A stretch of 58,040 nt of DNA from Nemertoderma westbladi. Its lineage: Eukaryota; Animalia; Xenacoelomorpha. The stretch lies in assembly GCA_032718475.1 (NCBI GenBank), contig JAUCBJ010003023.1, positions 1-58,040 of the forward strand. Direction: 5' to 3'. Both the position numbers and the translations under genes were made by a program. The notes below the pieces were generated by a model. That model saw only the letters and a list, made by a program, of their open reading frames with translations, was not told where the DNA came from and did no database searches. Positions 52,520 to 58,040 of this stretch are shown in pieces (within the stretch, counting starts at the first letter, position 1; every line of letters begins with the position of its first letter).

Positions 52520-55500
52520 ATATTATTGGTGGCTCCTACACCACACCGCACTATATATTATTGGTGGCTCCTACGCGACACTGCACTATATATTATTGGT
52601 GGCTCCTATGCGACACCACACTATATATTATTGGTGGCTCCTACGCGACACCACACTATATATTATTGGTGGCTCCTACGTGACACCGCACTATATATTA
52701 TTGGTGGTTCCTATGCGACACCGCACTATATATTATTGGTAGCCCCTATGCGACACCGCACTATATATTATTGGTGGCTCCTATGCGACACCGCACTATA
52801 TATTATTGGTAGCCCCTATGCGACACCGCACTATATATTATTGGTGGCTCCTACGTGACACCGCACTATATATTATTGGTGGCTCCTATGCGACACCGCA
52901 CTATATATTATTGGTGGTTCCTATGCGACACCGCACTATATATTATTGGTGGCTCCTACGTGACACCCAACTATATATTATTGGTGGCTCCTACGCGACA
53001 CCGCACTATATATTATTGGTGGCTCCTACGTGACACCGCACTATATATTATTGGTGGCTCCTATGCGACACCGCACTATATATTATTGGTGGTTCCTATG
53101 CGACACTGCACTATATATTATTGGTGGCTCCTACGTGACACCCAACTATATATTATTGGTGGCTCCTACGCGACACCGCACTATATATTATTGGTGGCTC
53201 CTACGTGACACCGCACTATATATTATTGGTGGCTCCTATGCGACACCGCACTATATATTATTGGTAGCCCCTATGCGACACCGCACTATATATTATTGGT
53301 GGCTCCTACGTGACACCGCACTATATATTATTGGTGGCTCCTACGCGACACCGCACTATATATTATTGGTGGCTCCTACGCGACACCGCACTATATATTA
53401 TTGGTAGCCGCTATGCGACACCGCACTATATATTATTGGTGGTTCCTATGCGACACCGCACTATATATTATTGGTGGCTCCTATGTGACACCCAACTATA
53501 TATTATTGGTGGCTCTTATGCGACACCGCACTATATATTATTGGTGGCTCCTACACGACACTGCACTATATATTATTGGTGGCTCCTACGCGACACCGCA
53601 CTATATATTATTGGTGGTTCCTACGCGACACCGCACTATATATTATTGGTGGCTCCTACGCGACACCGCACTATATATTATTGGTGGCTCCTACGAGACA
53701 CCGCACTATATATTATTGGTGGCTCCTACGCGACACCGCACTATATATTATTGGTAGCCCCTATGCGACACCGCACTATATATTATTGGTAGCCCCTATG
53801 CGACACCGCACTATATATTATTGGTGGCTCCTACGCGACACCGCACTATATATTATTGGTGGCTCCTACGCGACACTGCACTATATATTATTGGTAGCCC
53901 CTATGCGACACCGCACTATATATTAATGGTGGCTCCTACGTGACACCGCACTATATTATTGGTGGCTCCTACGCGACACCGCACTATATATTATTGGTGG
54001 CTCCTACGCGACACCGCACTATATATTATTGGTAGCCCCTATGCGACACCGCACTATATATTATTGGTGGCTCCTACGTGACACCGCACTATATTATTGG
54101 TGGCTCCTATGCCACACCACACTATATATTATTGGTGGCTCCTACGCGACACCACACTATATATTATTGGTGGCTCCTACGTGACACCGCACTATATATT
54201 ATTGGTGGCTCCTATGCGACACCGCACTATATATTATTGGTAGCCCCTATGCGACACCGCACTATATATTATTGGTGGCTCCTATGCGACACCGCACTAT
54301 ATATTATTGGTAGCCCCTATGCGACACCGCACTATATATTATTGGTGGCTCCTACGTGACACCGCACTATATATTATTGGTGGCTCCTATGCGACACCGC
54401 ACTATATATTATTGGTGGTTCCTATGCGACACCGCACTATATATTATTGGTGGCTCCTACGTGACACCCAACTATATATTATTGGTGGCTCCTACGCGAC
54501 ACCGCAATATATATTATTGGTGGCTCCTACGTGACACCGCACTATATATTATTGGTGGCTCCTATGCGACACCGCACTATATATTATTGGTGGTTCCTAT
54601 GCGACACTGCACTATATATTATTGGTGGCTCCTACGTGACACCCAACTATATATTATTGGTGGCTCCTACGCGACACCGCACTATATATTATTGGTGGCT
54701 CCTACGTGACACCGCACTATATATTATTGGTGGCTCCTATGCGACACCGCACTATATATTATTGGTAGCCCCTATGCGACACCGCACTATATATTATTGG
54801 TGGCTCCTACGTGACACCGCACTATATATTATTGGTGGCTCCTACGCGACACCGCACTATATATTATTGGTGGCTCCTACGCGACACCGCACTATATATT
54901 ATTGGTAGCCGCTATGCGACACCGCACTATATATTATTGGTGGTTCCTATGCGACACCGCACTATATATTATTGGTGGCTCCTATGTGACACCCAACTAT
55001 ATATTATTGGTGGCTCTTATGCGACACCGCACTATATATTATTGGTGGCTCCTACACGACACTGCACTATATATTATTGGTGGCTCCTACGCGACACCGC
55101 ACTATATATTATTGGTGGCTCCTACATGACACCGCACTATATTATTGGTGGCTCCTACGCGACACCGCACTATATATTATTGGTGGCTCCTATGTGACAC
55201 CGCACTATATATTATTGGTGGCTCCTATGCGACACCGCACTATATTATTGGTGGCTCCTACGCGACACCGCACTATATATTATTGGTGGCTCCTACGCGA
55301 CACCGCACTATATATTATTGGTGGCCCCTATGCGACACCGCACTATATATTATTGGTGGCTCCTACGTGACACCGCACTATATTATTGGTGGCTCCTACG
55401 CGACACCGCACTATATATTATTGGTGGCTCCTACGCGACACCGCACTATATATTATTGGTGGCTCCTACGCGACACCGCACTATATATTATTGGTAGCCC

Positions 55501-56122
55501 CTATGCGACACCGCACTATATATTATTGGTGGCTCCTACGTGACACCGCACTATATTATTGGTGGCTCCTACGCGACACCGCACTATATATTATTGGTGG
55601 CTCCTACGCGACACCGCACTATATATTATTGGTAGCCCCTATGCGACACCGCACTATATATTATTGGTGGCTCCTACGCGACACCGCACTATATATTATT
55701 GGTGGCTCCTACGCGACACCGCACTATATATTATTGGTAGCCCCTATGCGACACCGCACTATATATTATTGGTAGCCCCTAAGCGACACCGCACTATATA
55801 TTATTGGTGGCTCCTACGTGACACCGCACTATATTATTGGTGGCTCCTACGCGACACCGCACTATATATTATTGGTGGCTCCTACGCGACACCGCACTAT
55901 ATATTATTGGTAGCCCCTATGCGACACCGCACTATATATTATTGGTGGCTCCTACGTGACACCGCACTATATATTATTGGTGGCTCCTACGCGACACCGC
56001 ACTATATATTATTGGTGGCTCCTACGCGACACCACACTATATATTATTGGTGGCTCCTACGCGACACCGCACTATATATTATTGGTGGCTCCTACGCGAC
56101 ACTGCACTATATATTATTGGTG
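52520..56122. repeat. 35-bp satellite, about 100 copies (tattattggtggctcctacgcgacaccgcactata)
   Basis: Directly visible array with no unique spacers. Confidence 0.97.
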
Positions 56123-56724
56123 CCTCAATTTGTTGAGGGGGGGGGGAATTGGCAAAGGGGGCGAAAATTTGGGTTTTGCCCACCCTCCCACCAGTGGAAG
56201 TGGTTCCCTTACGCACGCTTATGACCAAAACAGTAAACAATTTAGTATCTCTACAGGTTATACATGTGAAGTGTATCAGAACAGGGAACAATAGTACGTT
56301 TTTAGGAGTGTACGTTCATATGAACTAAATTCTGCAAAGAAAAAATACCGAATACCAACGACATGAACAGCTGTACTCATGGAAATTTATTGAAAGAAAA
56401 TTGGCCCACTATACTGTTTAACAGATCGGTGACATCAAGAACAAAAACCTCTCTTTCCTTTTGAGTCATGTTTATCATGTTTACATATTAATAGCAGGTA
56501 GGGGGGACTTTGGACGCAATCAAAATTCATCCCTATCCAGGGGAAATCAGAATGCAAAAATCGGAATCCAAATAAACTTTAGCTTGTTCTTTTGGTTAGA
56601 ATAACGTGCCACTGTAACCTGTTCCTTAGACACCTATAAAATGACAATAGCGAGAAATATCGGAAGGAAAGAGTTCCTGGTACGAGGAACAGGAAGGTTG
56701 AGATTATCTCCAGGATCCTATGTT

Positions 56725-57345
56725 AACGATGTCCATCGGTGTTATCTATTATATGTTTTCTATGTCCGTCGATGTTATCTATTTTATGTTATCGATGTCC
56801 ATCGGTGTTATCTATTATATGTTATCGATGTCCATCAGTGTTATCTATTATATGTTTTCTATGTCCATCGATGTTATCTATTATATGTTTTCTATGTCCA
56901 TCGATGTTATCTATTATATGTTTTCTATGTCCGTCGATGTTATCTATTATATGTTTTCTATGTCCATCGATGTTATCTATTATATGTTTTCTATGTCCGT
57001 CGATGTTATCTATTATATGTTTTCTATGTCCATCGATGTTATCTATTATATGTTTTCTATGTCCGTCGATGTTATCTATTATATGTTTTCTATGTCCATC
57101 GATGTTATCTATTATATGTTTTCTATGTCCATCGATGTTATCTATTATATGTTTTCTATGTCCGTCGATGTTATCTATTATATGTTTTCTATGTCCATCG
57201 ATGTTATCTATTATATGTTTTCTATGTCCGTCGATGTTATCTATTATATGTTTTCTATGTCCATCGATGTTATCTATTATATGTTTTCTATGTCCGTCGA
57301 TGTTATCTATTATATGTTTTCTATGTCCATCGATGTTATCTATTT
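56725..57345. repeat. 30-bp tandem repeat, about 20 copies (tatgtccatcgatgttatctattatatgttttc)
   Basis: Directly visible array; alternating cat/cgt variants. Confidence 0.95.
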
Positions 57346-58040
57346 TTAACGCGTGTTAGTCCTCTTTGTTTTTGTCCCCTTATGTGTAATTGATGGAAGA
57401 ATTGTGGTCGACGGAAATACCTGATGAATTTATCTTAATGATTCATACATAAATCACAATTAACAACACAGCTGATTGAAAATTTGCCATCAATTTCCAC
57501 GACAGATCGAATTTTCCATCAATTTTCACGGCAGAAGTTCACGGCAGATACTAACCATCCATAACCGTTGCGGACCGCCGTAACTTAGTGATTCTCTACG
57601 AATAATATACTCGGGGATTTTAACATATGATTAAGGTGACTAAATACAATAAAGCCTTGAGTCTTACATGTTGGTATTTTCTTGCGTCCATCCCTCCTCC
57701 TAAGCCAACAATTACAATTATTTATAAAGTTTCCTAGAGTTCCATGGTGCATTCTTTTCCTCAACTTGTTTATCATCATTCTAATAGCAGCACGTATAGC
57801 AGCACTACCGAGAAGGTAAGCATGTAACTGAAAACTATGGCGACAAATGTAGATATTCATTCGTTATTATTTCATTCACTGCTTTCCGTTAGGTGGCGTT
57901 ACTATTATGGAGGAGTAATCACGAATTTTGAACAACAGAAACCTACCGTTGTACCCTTGTACCACTCTTACGCTACCGCTGACCGGTGTAACCGGAAAAT
58001 ATCCCCCCTCTGCTGACTCTGAGATTGTATGTGAGACAGG

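Noticed and set aside
52520-56122. CRISPR-like array of about 35-bp repeats
   Set aside because: Units are head-to-tail with no unique spacers, there are no cas genes, and the context is eukaryotic; it is a satellite.
52014-57393. Long repetitive ORFs (e.g. 56641-57393, 55559-56224)
   Set aside because: These are translations of tandem repeats open in several frames, with no coding signature.

Overview
AT-rich, intron- and repeat-rich eukaryotic (animal-like) genomic DNA. The main feature is one ionotropic glutamate receptor (iGluR) family gene on the minus strand, about 34745 to 4982. I assembled it by hand from GT-AG exons with matching phases: about 966 aa covering signal peptide, ATD, S1, M1, M2 pore loop (MQQG), M3 (TYTANLAAF), S2, M4 and C-tail. 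Key observation: the exon for the first part of the S1 ligand-binding lobe occurs as three intact, diverged, same-phase paralogous copies (25124-25339, 20747-20959, 15600-15812) between single-copy flanking exons. This is the architecture of a mutually exclusive exon cassette that would swap part of the ligand-binding domain. Second oddity: the end of the pore-loop (Q/R-site) exon plus its splice donor is tandemly repeated about 20 times into the next intron. Binding-pocket residues suggest a glycine/D-serine-type rather than glutamate-type receptor. The rest of the window is non-LTR retrotransposon fragments (RTE, CRE-like, CR1-like), Mutator-like, hAT-like, piggyBac-like and Helitron-like elements, tRNA-derived fold-back elements and several satellites. 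All coordinates were read by eye and no searches were run.
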